Shown here piece by piece: positions 48,417 through 58,084 of a stretch of 64,000 nucleotides of DNA. Each line of letters begins with the position of its first letter. Within the stretch, counting starts at the first letter, position 1. Where the stretch lies: contig CAYHMC010000001.1 in the NCBI GenBank assembly GCA_964357615.1, positions 66,602 to 130,601 of the forward strand, in the 5' to 3' direction. Origin of the DNA: an uncultured Candidatus Saccharibacteria bacterium (GTDB lineage Bacteria > Patescibacteriota > Minisyncoccia > UBA6257 > JACOXY01). The position numbers were made by a program, and so were the translations under genes. The notes under the pieces were generated by a model that made no database searches, was not told where the DNA came from, and saw only the letters and a program-made list of their open reading frames with translations.

Positions 48417-51400
48417 ATGGCAGATTCTTTTAATATAAATAGTTTTAAGTTAGTAGTAAAATTTTTTTTTATTATCAGCCTAATTATTGGCGCCACCTTA
48501 TCATTATTTGTTTATTTAAATTATTCCAAGCCAATTCTGTCAGCAAATGCATCTATTGCAGACGATTTTAAAATTCAAAGGAATTGCACTTCGTCAACAG
48601 AAAGCTCGGTAACACTAGTTGCTGGAACAGCCTATATTGCCCCAACAGCTACTAATAATGCATTTATAAGGCTTACTAGCACTAAATTAACAGGAGCGGG
48701 TAAATTGGGTAGTGGTGGTTCTCAGTCACCAAACCAATACACTTGGTATATAAGCGACCCAGATTTCTCTGGAAATTCAGTTACTTTTACTAGAGATTCT
48801 TCGGCTAATAACCAATTTTTTTGCTGGGAAATAATAGAATATATTGGTCCAACCGGAGGACCAAATGAATTTATTGTTTCTAAATTTGGCACAGTCACAT
48901 ATACAAATGGTACAGACTTAACATACTCTGCTCTAACGCCTGTTGATCCAACTTCTGTTAGTAAATCAGTAATTTTTATAACTGGTCAAAATAGCATAAG
49001 TGGAACTGCGGCTAATATTGCCTCGGCCCAAAATACTGCGGAATGGTCAAGTAGCACACCTATTTTTAGAAGAGGTATAGCCACTAACAATGCAAATAGC
49101 ATAAGTTACGCGGTTGTACATTTTAGAGGAACAAACTGGTCAGTTCAGAGAACTGAGCATCAGTTTTTAATAGCTGGATTTACAGAAATGCAACCAATAT
49201 CAAGTGTTGGCAATATATCCCAAGCTTTTACTCACGCACAGTTTAGAAGAAGTGATTCAAATACTAATACATATGATGGAGGTGCCGAGATGTGGTTATC
49301 TTCTACAACTCAGGCCAGTTTTAAGTTGCATCCAGGTGCGCAAGCTTCTGGTAAATACGGAGTTCTTTGGATTGTGAGTAACTCAGAATCAAGCCCAACA
49401 ACCAAATTGAAAGTCCAACACATTATTGGCGCAAGACCTGCTGGCCCAGGTAATTTTGATTCTTGGTCCCACGCCATTCCAACTCCTGTAGCAAGTTTAG
49501 AAAGTACTTCAATTATGGGAGAATCGAATAGCACCGAAGGAAGTACAAGTAGGTTTCCTGGAGGTTGGATTAGTATTACTGCATCAACCACCTCGTATGT
49601 TCAGCTTTATCAATCTGATGATTTGCGAGCCAATTATTATCGTTTTCAAGTAGTCGAATGGCCAAAAAGTAACCCTGTAGTTATTAGTCAAAGTGCCTAT
49701 AGATTTTTTAATAATTTAGACAGCACAAGCGTTGGTACCGCACTTGCAAGCACAAGTGTAGCGGCCACTTTGCCAAGTTCGGGAGCGTCCTTTAGATTGA
49801 GGTTGTTGCTTCACGCAAGTAGTTCGCAGATGAGCGTTAGTGCAAATACATTCAGGCTTCAGTATGCGCAGTCAACAGATGCAGGATGCATTGGATATAC
49901 CGATATTAGCACTTCAACCCCAATCGCATTTATAAATAACGCTAGTGTTTCAGATCATGTTGCACTAACGGTATCATCTGATGACCCAAGCCATGGAAAT
50001 GATCCAGTAATCGTCCAAACATATAACGAATCAAATAATTTTACGAATTCTATCGGAATGGTACCGGTCGGCCAAGATGGAATTTTTGATTTTGCTTTGC
50101 GCGATAATGGCGCAGAGCCAAGCACACCCTATTGTCTAAAAGCTGAATATAATTTTAATGAAGATATTGGGAATCATATATATGACAATATAAAATATAC
50201 TGAATATTCCCCCGCTTCCCTAATGGCAACAGGAGTTGGGTTTGCGTTTAGTCCAGATGGACAAGCAGCATACTATTTAGATACTTATAATAATATACAT
50301 ATATATAGCTTAGGTACTGCGTGGGATGTAAGTACCATGTCTCAAGGTGGAAGTTACGCCTTAGACGATGGCTCATTTGATCCTGACAATCTGGACATAA
50401 AAGATTTTGCAATTAAAGCCGATGGAACAAAATTATATGCACTAAGAACTGATAGAAAAGAAATAATGCAATATTCATTTGCAGTTCCATGGGATTTTAA
50501 CACTTTAACTCATGATGTTGGGGTGAAACTAACTCTAAATAGTCATAACGGAAGCACTCCTTGGTCACTTGCAGTTAGTAATGACGCTAAAAGATTTTAT
50601 ATAGGATATTTTCATCCACCTCATAATATTTATCAGTATTCATTGGCGGGAGAAGAATTAAACACAGGAACATATGATAATAAATATATCTATGTTGGTG
50701 AAGGTAGCCAAGCAATGGGATTATTTTTTAGCGGTGATGGCTCAAAAATATATATTGCTGGCGGTGGCGGAAGTGGCGCCGGCGGTTTTATTGGTTCATT
50801 ATACAACGATATCAAATCTTGGTTTTATAATAAATTAGCTTGGTTCAAAACTGATATCGCATATGGTTTTGGCGCCGGCGGTGCAGCTGGTGGTGGGCAA
50901 TGTACGCTCACAACTCCATGGGATATATCGACCGCAACATGTGATACGGTAAAATATTTGTCCGGTGACGACAGCGATGGGACGCCCGCTGGTATAGAAG
51001 CTATGGTTTTAGGAGATAATCACACAAAGTTATATCTTTTTGGTATTAAAACAGACGAATTTGCACCCTATGCACAATTTGGTGTTGTTTATCAGCATTC
51101 ACTTGCAGAGTCACCGCTTACAACAATGTCATATAATTTAATACCTCAACTTACAACTTCAGCGACATCAACTACTTTTTCATCGCTTATACAAAATAGT
51201 TATAGATGGTATGGAGATGTAAACTCTAAAGACCCTACAAATAATGACGCAATTGCATTAGAAAATACTAAAATTAATAATTTAGCTACAAATAGAAATC
51301 GCCATTTAAGGATTAGTGTTAAATCACCAGATGGAGATTTTCCAGTAAATAATTCTTTTAAACTTCAATACCAAAAAGCCACAACAACAGGTTCGTGGAC

Positions 51401-52055
51401 GACGGTTGGTTCGGGTGGAAGTCCTGCTTTTAGTGGTAATAATTATGGGTGTTGTGTAAGTGGTGAAAATATTAATTCGCTCTTACTCATTGGTTCAAGT
51501 ATAAAAGAAACATATGAAGAGGGTGGAACAACCGGAACAACCACAAACATAATAACAACCGGTAACATAGCGGAATGGGATTTTGGAATACACAGCAACG
51601 CAAGTGCCGAGCTAGGTGCTACTTATTATTTTAGAATGATAGGGTCTAATGATGTTGTTTTTAATAGCTATCTAAACTATCCATCACTTTCAGTTTCTCC
51701 GGATGGTGCAACTTCAGCTGGCGAAGTTAAGTCAATTATTTATGACACACAAAGCTTAGGAAGCGCACAACTCAATTCATTTTTATGGGAAGGTACGCAA
51801 CCCGACGCAAGTTCAATTGTTAAGTTGCAATTTGCTTCCGCAACTTCTAGTTCACCTTCTGGTGGCTGGGATTCACTGTTTAGTGGCCCCCAAGGAACAC
51901 TCAGTTGGTATACTTCATCAGGCCCGAACATTCAGACTGTTTTAAATCCTAGCCATCATAAAGGTATTCGGTATTTTAGATATAAAGTTAGGCTAGAATC
52001 ATCTTCTGGAATTAGTCCGGTAGTTAAAAGAGTGATAGTTAATTGGTCGCCATAA
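48417..52055 (+). CDS. large membrane-anchored surface protein with beta-propeller and duplicated beta-sandwich-like domains
   Basis: N-terminal TM; F..DG.K.Y / YSL..AWD.ST blades; two Q..YR(F/W)...F.LQY...DF domains. Confidence 0.85.
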   Translation: MADSFNINSFKLVVKFFFIISLIIGATLSLFVYLNYSKPILSANASIADDFKIQRNCTSSTESSVTLVAGTAYIAPTATNNAFIRLTSTKLTGAGKLGSGGSQSPNQYTWYISDPDFSGNSVTFTRDSSANNQFFCWEIIEYIGPTGGPNEFIVSKFGTVTYTNGTDLTYSALTPVDPTSVSKSVIFITGQNSISGTAANIASAQNTAEWSSSTPIFRRGIATNNANSISYAVVHFRGTNWSVQRTEHQFLIAGFTEMQPISSVGNISQAFTHAQFRRSDSNTNTYDGGAEMWLSSTTQASFKLHPGAQASGKYGVLWIVSNSESSPTTKLKVQHIIGARPAGPGNFDSWSHAIPTPVASLESTSIMGESNSTEGSTSRFPGGWISITASTTSYVQLYQSDDLRANYYRFQVVEWPKSNPVVISQSAYRFFNNLDSTSVGTALASTSVAATLPSSGASFRLRLLLHASSSQMSVSANTFRLQYAQSTDAGCIGYTDISTSTPIAFINNASVSDHVALTVSSDDPSHGNDPVIVQTYNESNNFTNSIGMVPVGQDGIFDFALRDNGAEPSTPYCLKAEYNFNEDIGNHIYDNIKYTEYSPASLMATGVGFAFSPDGQAAYYLDTYNNIHIYSLGTAWDVSTMSQGGSYALDDGSFDPDNLDIKDFAIKADGTKLYALRTDRKEIMQYSFAVPWDFNTLTHDVGVKLTLNSHNGSTPWSLAVSNDAKRFYIGYFHPPHNIYQYSLAGEELNTGTYDNKYIYVGEGSQAMGLFFSGDGSKIYIAGGGGSGAGGFIGSLYNDIKSWFYNKLAWFKTDIAYGFGAGGAAGGGQCTLTTPWDISTATCDTVKYLSGDDSDGTPAGIEAMVLGDNHTKLYLFGIKTDEFAPYAQFGVVYQHSLAESPLTTMSYNLIPQLTTSATSTTFSSLIQNSYRWYGDVNSKDPTNNDAIALENTKINNLATNRNRHLRISVKSPDGDFPVNNSFKLQYQKATTTGSWTTVGSGGSPAFSGNNYGCCVSGENINSLLLIGSSIKETYEEGGTTGTTTNIITTGNIAEWDFGIHSNASAELGATYYFRMIGSNDVVFNSYLNYPSLSVSPDGATSAGEVKSIIYDTQSLGSAQLNSFLWEGTQPDASSIVKLQFASATSSSPSGGWDSLFSGPQGTLSWYTSSGPNIQTVLNPSHHKGIRYFRYKVRLESSSGISPVVKRVIVNWSP

Positions 52056-52096
52056 ATATATGTTGCGTAGTTATAAAATAAATATATAATGAGTGA

Positions 52097-53329
52097 ATGT
52101 TAGTAACAGATTTATTTTCAAAAACTGCAAAAGAATTTCCTAAAGATGAAGAATCTTTAAATGCAAAATTTCTAATAAAGGCAGGTTTTATTAGAAAATT
52201 ATCATCTGGTGTTTATTCATACCTACCGCTTGGATTAAAAGTTATTAAAAAAATTGAGCAAATTGTAAGAGAAGAAATGAATGTGCTTCCATCTGAAGAG
52301 CTATTGATGCCTAGCTTGATAACGAAAAGTATTTGGGAAAAAAGTGGCAGATGGGATGTTGATGTTGTTTATAAAATAAATGAAGATGGAGTTGGAGAGT
52401 TTGGACTAGGGTGGACTCACGAAGAAGTTATTACTGATATCGCAACGCATTTTATATTTTCTTACGAGGATTTACCAAAATCCGTTTATCAAATTCAAAC
52501 AAAATTTAGAAGAGAGCCGAGGGCTAAGTCAGGACTTCTTCGTGGCCGTGAGTTTATAATGAAAGATTTATATAGCTTTCATAAAAGCGAAGAAGACTTA
52601 AATAGTTACTATCAAAAAATTATAGATTCGTATTCTAAAGTATTTAAAAGGCTAGACTTAGATGCCAAAGTCGTTACTGCTGGCGGAGGACTCTTTACTA
52701 AAAATACTACCCATGAATTTCAAGTGTTTGCTGAGTCGGGCGAAGATATTATTTTTTATTGTTCTGAATGTGATTTTGCGGTAAATAAGGAAATTGCTAA
52801 AAATGAAAAGGGAGATAAGTGTCCAAATTGCACTGATGGAGAAATAGAGGTAAAAAATGCGATAGAGGTTGCGAATGTATTTAGACAGGGAACAAAATAT
52901 AGTGAGGCATTTGGTCTTAATTTTAAAGATTCTGATGGTGTTTCGAAGCCAGTTTGGCATGGGTCGTATGGAATTGGAATCTCGCGCATTATGGGTACTT
53001 TGGCTGAAATTAAGAACGATAAAAATGGAATTATATGGCCAGATTCTGTCTCTCCATTTAAAGTGTACTTAATTGACTTAAATGGTGAATCATCTGATAA
53101 ATGTGATAAATTATATAAGGCTTTACAAGAAAATGCCCTCGAGGTAATATACGACAAAAGAAATAATGTTTCTGCTGGTGAGAAATTTGCAAATGCGGAT
53201 CTTCTTGGTATTCCTTGGAGAGCAGTTATGAGTAAAAAAACTGGTGATAAAGTTGAGATTAAAAAAAGAACAGGTGATGAAGTGAAAATTGTTGATGTGA
53301 ATGAGTTTATTCAAATTCTGAAGGGCTAG
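52097..53329 (+). CDS. proS: proline--tRNA ligase (short form)
   Basis: THEE, YQIQTKFR.E.R...GLLRGREF.MKD.YSF, YGIGISR. Confidence 0.96.
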   Translation: MLVTDLFSKTAKEFPKDEESLNAKFLIKAGFIRKLSSGVYSYLPLGLKVIKKIEQIVREEMNVLPSEELLMPSLITKSIWEKSGRWDVDVVYKINEDGVGEFGLGWTHEEVITDIATHFIFSYEDLPKSVYQIQTKFRREPRAKSGLLRGREFIMKDLYSFHKSEEDLNSYYQKIIDSYSKVFKRLDLDAKVVTAGGGLFTKNTTHEFQVFAESGEDIIFYCSECDFAVNKEIAKNEKGDKCPNCTDGEIEVKNAIEVANVFRQGTKYSEAFGLNFKDSDGVSKPVWHGSYGIGISRIMGTLAEIKNDKNGIIWPDSVSPFKVYLIDLNGESSDKCDKLYKALQENALEVIYDKRNNVSAGEKFANADLLGIPWRAVMSKKTGDKVEIKKRTGDEVKIVDVNEFIQILKG

Positions 53330-53377
53330 TAGACTAATTTATTTTTAAACATATTAGTTATTAGCTATTAATAAAAA

Positions 53378-54421
53378 ATGGCCTTATTTAAATATTATTC
53401 AAAAAATATCGGGATTGATTTAGGTACTGCAAATCTACTTATTTATCTTGCACACAAAGGAATTGTTGTTAACCAGCCGTCTGTGGCAGCCGTTAACGCA
53501 AAAACTATGAATATTCTTTCGGTTGGGGATGAGGCAAAAAAAATGATATCTCGAACCCCCACGCATATAAATGTAATCAGACCATTGGTTAACGGAGTTA
53601 TTTCTGATTTTGAAGTAACGCAGGAATTGTTAAAACATTTTTTCAATCTTTCTGGAGGTGGTAGATTTTTTGGCTTTGGAAAAGCAGTACTGGGAGTTCC
53701 AAGCAATCTAACTGAAGTGGAGAGAAAATCAGTAGAAGATGCCGCTATTGGAGCAGGTGCAAGACGCGCTTATGTAATAGAAGAAACTGTGGCCGCCACT
53801 ATTGGCGCCGGACTTCCAATTAATGAACCAACTTCAAATATGATTGTTGATATTGGTGGTGGAACCACTGATATTGCTATTATCTCGCTTGGTGGCTCTG
53901 TTGTGTCTCGTAGCTTAAAAATAGCAGGTGATCATTTTAATCAAGATATAATTAATTTTGTTCGTGATGAATTTAAATTATTAATAGGTGAGCCAACGGC
54001 AGAGGAAATTAAAATTGCAGTTGGGTCAGCAGTGCCTCTTTCTGAAAAACTTGAACTTTATATCCGTGGTAGAGACTTGGTAAGCGGTTTGCCACGAGAA
54101 ATAGTAATAAAAAATACTCATGCGAGAGTTGCGCTCGCTCGCTCATTAAAATATATCGTGGAAGCTATTCGAGAAGTTATCGAAACTGCACCACCAGAAC
54201 TAGCAGGAGATATTTACAAAAACGGTCTTTACCTTTGTGGTGGCGGTAGCTTGCTTCGAGGTATTGCAGAATTAATTAGCAGAGAACTTTCTGTAAAATG
54301 TTATATAATTGATGAACCTCTCACATGTGTTGTAAGGGGCATCGGAAAGGTTATTGAAAACTTTGAGACGCATAAAAAATTCTTGGATAATCCTGTGCGA
54401 CCAAAAGACATCAGTCTTTAA
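53378..54421 (+). CDS. mreB: rod shape-determining protein MreB
   Basis: GIDLGTAN, IRPL.NGVISDF, VDIGGGTTD, LCGGG. Confidence 0.96.
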   Translation: MALFKYYSKNIGIDLGTANLLIYLAHKGIVVNQPSVAAVNAKTMNILSVGDEAKKMISRTPTHINVIRPLVNGVISDFEVTQELLKHFFNLSGGGRFFGFGKAVLGVPSNLTEVERKSVEDAAIGAGARRAYVIEETVAATIGAGLPINEPTSNMIVDIGGGTTDIAIISLGGSVVSRSLKIAGDHFNQDIINFVRDEFKLLIGEPTAEEIKIAVGSAVPLSEKLELYIRGRDLVSGLPREIVIKNTHARVALARSLKYIVEAIREVIETAPPELAGDIYKNGLYLCGGGSLLRGIAELISRELSVKCYIIDEPLTCVVRGIGKVIENFETHKKFLDNPVRPKDISL

Positions 54422-54458
54422 TTTTGCAAAGTTATAGGTACTAAGTTTATGCAAAAAA

Positions 54459-56378
54459 ATGCATAAATATGTAACAATGAAAAAAGCAGAAGACTTAAAT
54501 CTCGAAGAGATATTTCATGAAAGCAGGGGACAACAAAGATCATTAGAGATGTCGCTTACGCGTAGCGTATTTTATGGTTTTTATGCATTCTTTATAATAC
54601 TAGTCTTTATTTTTTCTTTCCGAATTTTTATTCTCGCTGGTTATAATGGAAAATTTTATTCAAAACGAGCCTTAGCAAATGTTAATAAAGAAGTATATAT
54701 TCCGGCTCCACGCGGTATTATATATGACAGAAATAATATAATCTTAGCAGATAATAAACCAAGTTTTTCAGTCTCTATAAAATTATCAGAGTTTCGAAAA
54801 AATCAGGCAGAAATTACCACATTTTTAAAGGATAAAATAAATATTTCCGAGGCTGAAATATTAAGTACAATTAAAAACTCTAAACTGGAAGAAAGTGATT
54901 TAGTTATCATTAGTAATACAATAAATGAAGATGAGTTGATTAAGCTTAAGGCCGTTGATATTAAAGGACTTTATATAGAAGATAATTATCTAAGAAATTA
55001 TCCACATAAAGATTCATTTTCCCATGTTGTTGGATATGTGGATACCGAAAATATTGGACGAACTGGTTTGGAATCTTTTTATGAAACAAACTTAGATGGC
55101 ACAGATGGCGCTTTGGTTAAACAGTATAATGCGAAAGGGGACTTGCTAGATTCAAGAGAGTTGAGAAAATCTATACCAGGGATTGACCTCGCAACAACAA
55201 TTGATGCCGAATTACAAATTTATTTAAAAAACCAGTTACTTGAAAGAATTAGAATTTTAGGAAGGTCGGGTGGAGTCGGCGTTGCTATAAATCCTAAAAA
55301 TGGTGAAGTTTTAGCATTGGTAAGCGCGCCAACATTTGATGCAAATTTATTTTCAACCAACAGCACCAAAGAAACTTCAAGTATTAGAAAAGAAATTCTG
55401 CAATCTAAAGCTAGACCACTTTTCGATAGGGCAATTTCTGGAATATACAACCCTGGTTCAACTATCAAACCACTAGTTGCCGTAGCGGCGCTTTCTGAAA
55501 ATATTATAACTACACAAAAAACAATACATTCAAAGGGGTTTGTTGAAATTCCAAATATTTACAACCCAGAATTGCCGAGCAGGTTTCTCGATTGGAAACC
55601 AAATGGCTGGGTGGATTTGTATTCAGCTTTAGCAAAGTCATCAAACATATATTTTTATGCTGTTGGTGGTGGATTTCCATCTGGTGGTGGCGCAGAAGTT
55701 GGAGCAGACAAAATGGTTGGTCTTGGAATAGATAGGCTAATAAAATGGTGGAAAATATTTGGTTTTGGAGAGAAAACAGGAATCGATTTAAATGGTGAAA
55801 ATAAAGGCTTTTTGCCCAACCCGACTGAAAAAGAGTTGCGTACTGGTACGCCTTGGAGAATTGGAGATACCTACAATGTCTCTATTGGACAAGGGGATTT
55901 GCTCATAAGCCCATTACAGCTTGTAAATTATATTGGCGCCATTGCAAATAATGGAAAACTTTATGAATTACATTTAAATAAACTGCTCGAACCAAAATTA
56001 ATTCGCACTATTGATGCCGAAGAAAATCAGATAAATGAAGTGAGAAAGGGTATGCGTGATGTAGTTAAAATGCCATACGGCACGGCACATTCATTAAATA
56101 CACTTCCATTTGATGTTGCCGCAAAAACTGGAACCGCACAGGTTCAAAATAATTTTAAAACAAATGCATTTACTGTTGCGTTTGCGCCTTATGACAATCC
56201 CGAAATTGCAATTATAATTCTTATTGAAGATGCCAGAGACGGCAGCGTTAACTCAATACCCGTGGCGCACAATGTTTTGGAATGGTATTATTGGAATAGA
56301 ATAGTAAAACAACCTAAGTTAAGCGTGTCTAATCCTCTTTCATCAACAAGCACAGTTCCTACTTCCACAATTGAATAA
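54459..56378 (+). CDS. mrdA: penicillin-binding protein 2
   Basis: APRG.IYDRN, STIK, SSN, KTG motifs. Confidence 0.93.
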   Translation: MHKYVTMKKAEDLNLEEIFHESRGQQRSLEMSLTRSVFYGFYAFFIILVFIFSFRIFILAGYNGKFYSKRALANVNKEVYIPAPRGIIYDRNNIILADNKPSFSVSIKLSEFRKNQAEITTFLKDKINISEAEILSTIKNSKLEESDLVIISNTINEDELIKLKAVDIKGLYIEDNYLRNYPHKDSFSHVVGYVDTENIGRTGLESFYETNLDGTDGALVKQYNAKGDLLDSRELRKSIPGIDLATTIDAELQIYLKNQLLERIRILGRSGGVGVAINPKNGEVLALVSAPTFDANLFSTNSTKETSSIRKEILQSKARPLFDRAISGIYNPGSTIKPLVAVAALSENIITTQKTIHSKGFVEIPNIYNPELPSRFLDWKPNGWVDLYSALAKSSNIYFYAVGGGFPSGGGAEVGADKMVGLGIDRLIKWWKIFGFGEKTGIDLNGENKGFLPNPTEKELRTGTPWRIGDTYNVSIGQGDLLISPLQLVNYIGAIANNGKLYELHLNKLLEPKLIRTIDAEENQINEVRKGMRDVVKMPYGTAHSLNTLPFDVAAKTGTAQVQNNFKTNAFTVAFAPYDNPEIAIIILIEDARDGSVNSIPVAHNVLEWYYWNRIVKQPKLSVSNPLSSTSTVPTSTIE

Positions 56379-56745
56379 TCTAGATACTATGATTGGAATT
56401 TATTTTAAACAAGTTTTCAAACGATATTCGATAAACATACTGTTTTCTATCAGCTTATTATTGTTATGTTTTAGCGCTTCGATCGTGTATGTTCATTTTG
56501 CGACCATATCAGAATCGAACATCATTCTTTATATTAATGAGCACAAAGATTTAGTAACAAACGGGTCAATAGGGGATTTATATGCATTCATTATCCTTGG
56601 TTTTGTATTTGTTCTTACAAATTACTTTATTACACAAGAACTCATTTCAAAAAATACATATTTAGTTAATGTAACGACTTATGGCTCAATATTTCTTTCA
56701 TTCTTGATTTTATTAGCTATCAATGCTATAATCAAACTCAATTAG
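56371..56745 (+). CDS. 3-TM membrane protein
   Basis: Hydrophobic ORF overlapping the mrdA stop. Confidence 0.7.
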   Translation: MNNLDTMIGIYFKQVFKRYSINILFSISLLLLCFSASIVYVHFATISESNIILYINEHKDLVTNGSIGDLYAFIILGFVFVLTNYFITQELISKNTYLVNVTTYGSIFLSFLILLAINAIIKLN

Positions 56746-56768
56746 TTTTAATTAGCAGTATCAAAAAT

Positions 56769-57074
56769 ATGAATTTCGCAGTAATAAAAACAGGAGGTAA
56801 GCAATACTTAGTTAAAAAAGGTTCAAAATTAAAAATCGAAAAACTCGCAAATACTGAAGGTGATATCAGTTTTGACAATGTTTTGCTTAAGGTTGATGGT
56901 GATGAATTTAAAATTGGAACTCCAAAAATTGAGGGGGCTGTGGTTTTGGCAAAACTAGTTAGGTCAGGACGAGAATCAAAGAAAATCGTTTTTAAGTATA
57001 GTTCAAAAACGAGATATCATAAAAAGAAAGGACACAGACAGAATTTTACTGAAATAGAAATTACTAAAATTTAA
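56769..57074 (+). CDS. rplU: 50S ribosomal protein L21
   Basis: FAVIKTGGKQY.V, GHRQ.FT. Confidence 0.96.
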   Translation: MNFAVIKTGGKQYLVKKGSKLKIEKLANTEGDISFDNVLLKVDGDEFKIGTPKIEGAVVLAKLVRSGRESKKIVFKYSSKTRYHKKKGHRQNFTEIEITKI

Positions 57075-57084
57075 TAAATAAAAG

Positions 57085-57106
57085 AACCGCTCAAAAGGCG
57101 GTTTTT
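57085..57106. terminator. terminator between convergent genes
   Basis: AACCGC-N7-GCGGTTTTT. Confidence 0.75.
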
Positions 57107-57133
57107 AAATTTGCAGTAAAACAATTTAATCAA

Positions 57134-57406
57134 TTATTCATCTAAGTTATAAAAATCTACTTTATTATTAATTCTTTTTACTGTTACGGTGCAGTCGCGA
57201 ACCTTAAACTGAGCTGCATTAGACAATCCATCATCATCAACTATAATCTTCGGTCCTAGAATTTGATGTCGTTTTGCTACCAATTTAGCGATTTTGGCAA
57301 CATCATAACATTTTTCCGAATATATTATCTCTGGGGCAAAGGGGAGATGACTAAATGTTACCACAAAAAAATATGTATGCTGTTTAATCATTTCCATCAC
57401 ATCCAT
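57134..57406 (-). CDS. hypothetical protein (ORFan)
   Basis: GGAG SD; 90-aa ORF. Confidence 0.6.
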   Translation of the reverse strand: MDVMEMIKQHTYFFVVTFSHLPFAPEIIYSEKCYDVAKIAKLVAKRHQILGPKIIVDDDGLSNAAQFKVRDCTVTVKRINNKVDFYNLDE

Positions 57407-57483
57407 TTCAGAACTCCGTTCGGTTACTTGAACTGAAATTAGATTACTCTTATGCGTTTTTTTTGTAAAGACCTATAAAAAGC

Positions 57484-58083
57484 TTAAACACGCCTATCAA
57501 TTGCAGCGCCCAAGGTTTCTTCGTCAGCAAATTCAATTTCACCACCAGTTGGAATGCCTCTACCAAGCCTAGTTAATTTTTTAGTAAGCGTACTTAGCTC
57601 TCTGTGAAGCATTGAGGCATTTAAGTCTCCATAACTAGTTGGGCTTACTGCTAAAACTATTTCTTCTGCTTCTCCACCAAATTCTTTCGTAATGTATTTT
57701 TTAAGTGTATCTAGGCGTAATTTTTGCTCTGGTTCCATAATTCCATTTTTGCCTAAATCTCCAAGAACCAAATATCTACCATTAAAGCGTTTTGTTTTTT
57801 CAATCGACATAAGGTCAGTTGCTTTTTCAACAATTGCAATAATATTTTTCATACGCGCTGGGCTTTCGCAAATCGAACATAGTTTATTCTTATTTGTATG
57901 CGGATAGAAACAATCGCTACATAATTTTACTTGTGACATTGCCGATATTGCAGAATCAATTTCAAAGATTAGATTCCTTTCTTCTCCAGATAAATAAAAT
58001 GCTAGTCTAAGCGCCTGCCTAGGACCAATGCCAGGTAGTTTTGCAAGAACTGTTGCGAGTTGTTTTAGTGGTTCGGGTAGCAT
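57484..58083 (-). CDS. recR: recombination mediator RecR
   Basis: LPGIGPRQA.RLA, C4 Zn finger, RLGRGIPTGGEIEFAD. Confidence 0.96.
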   Translation of the reverse strand: MLPEPLKQLATVLAKLPGIGPRQALRLAFYLSGEERNLIFEIDSAISAMSQVKLCSDCFYPHTNKNKLCSICESPARMKNIIAIVEKATDLMSIEKTKRFNGRYLVLGDLGKNGIMEPEQKLRLDTLKKYITKEFGGEAEEIVLAVSPTSYGDLNASMLHRELSTLTKKLTRLGRGIPTGGEIEFADEETLGAAIDRRV

Positions 58084-58084
58084 A

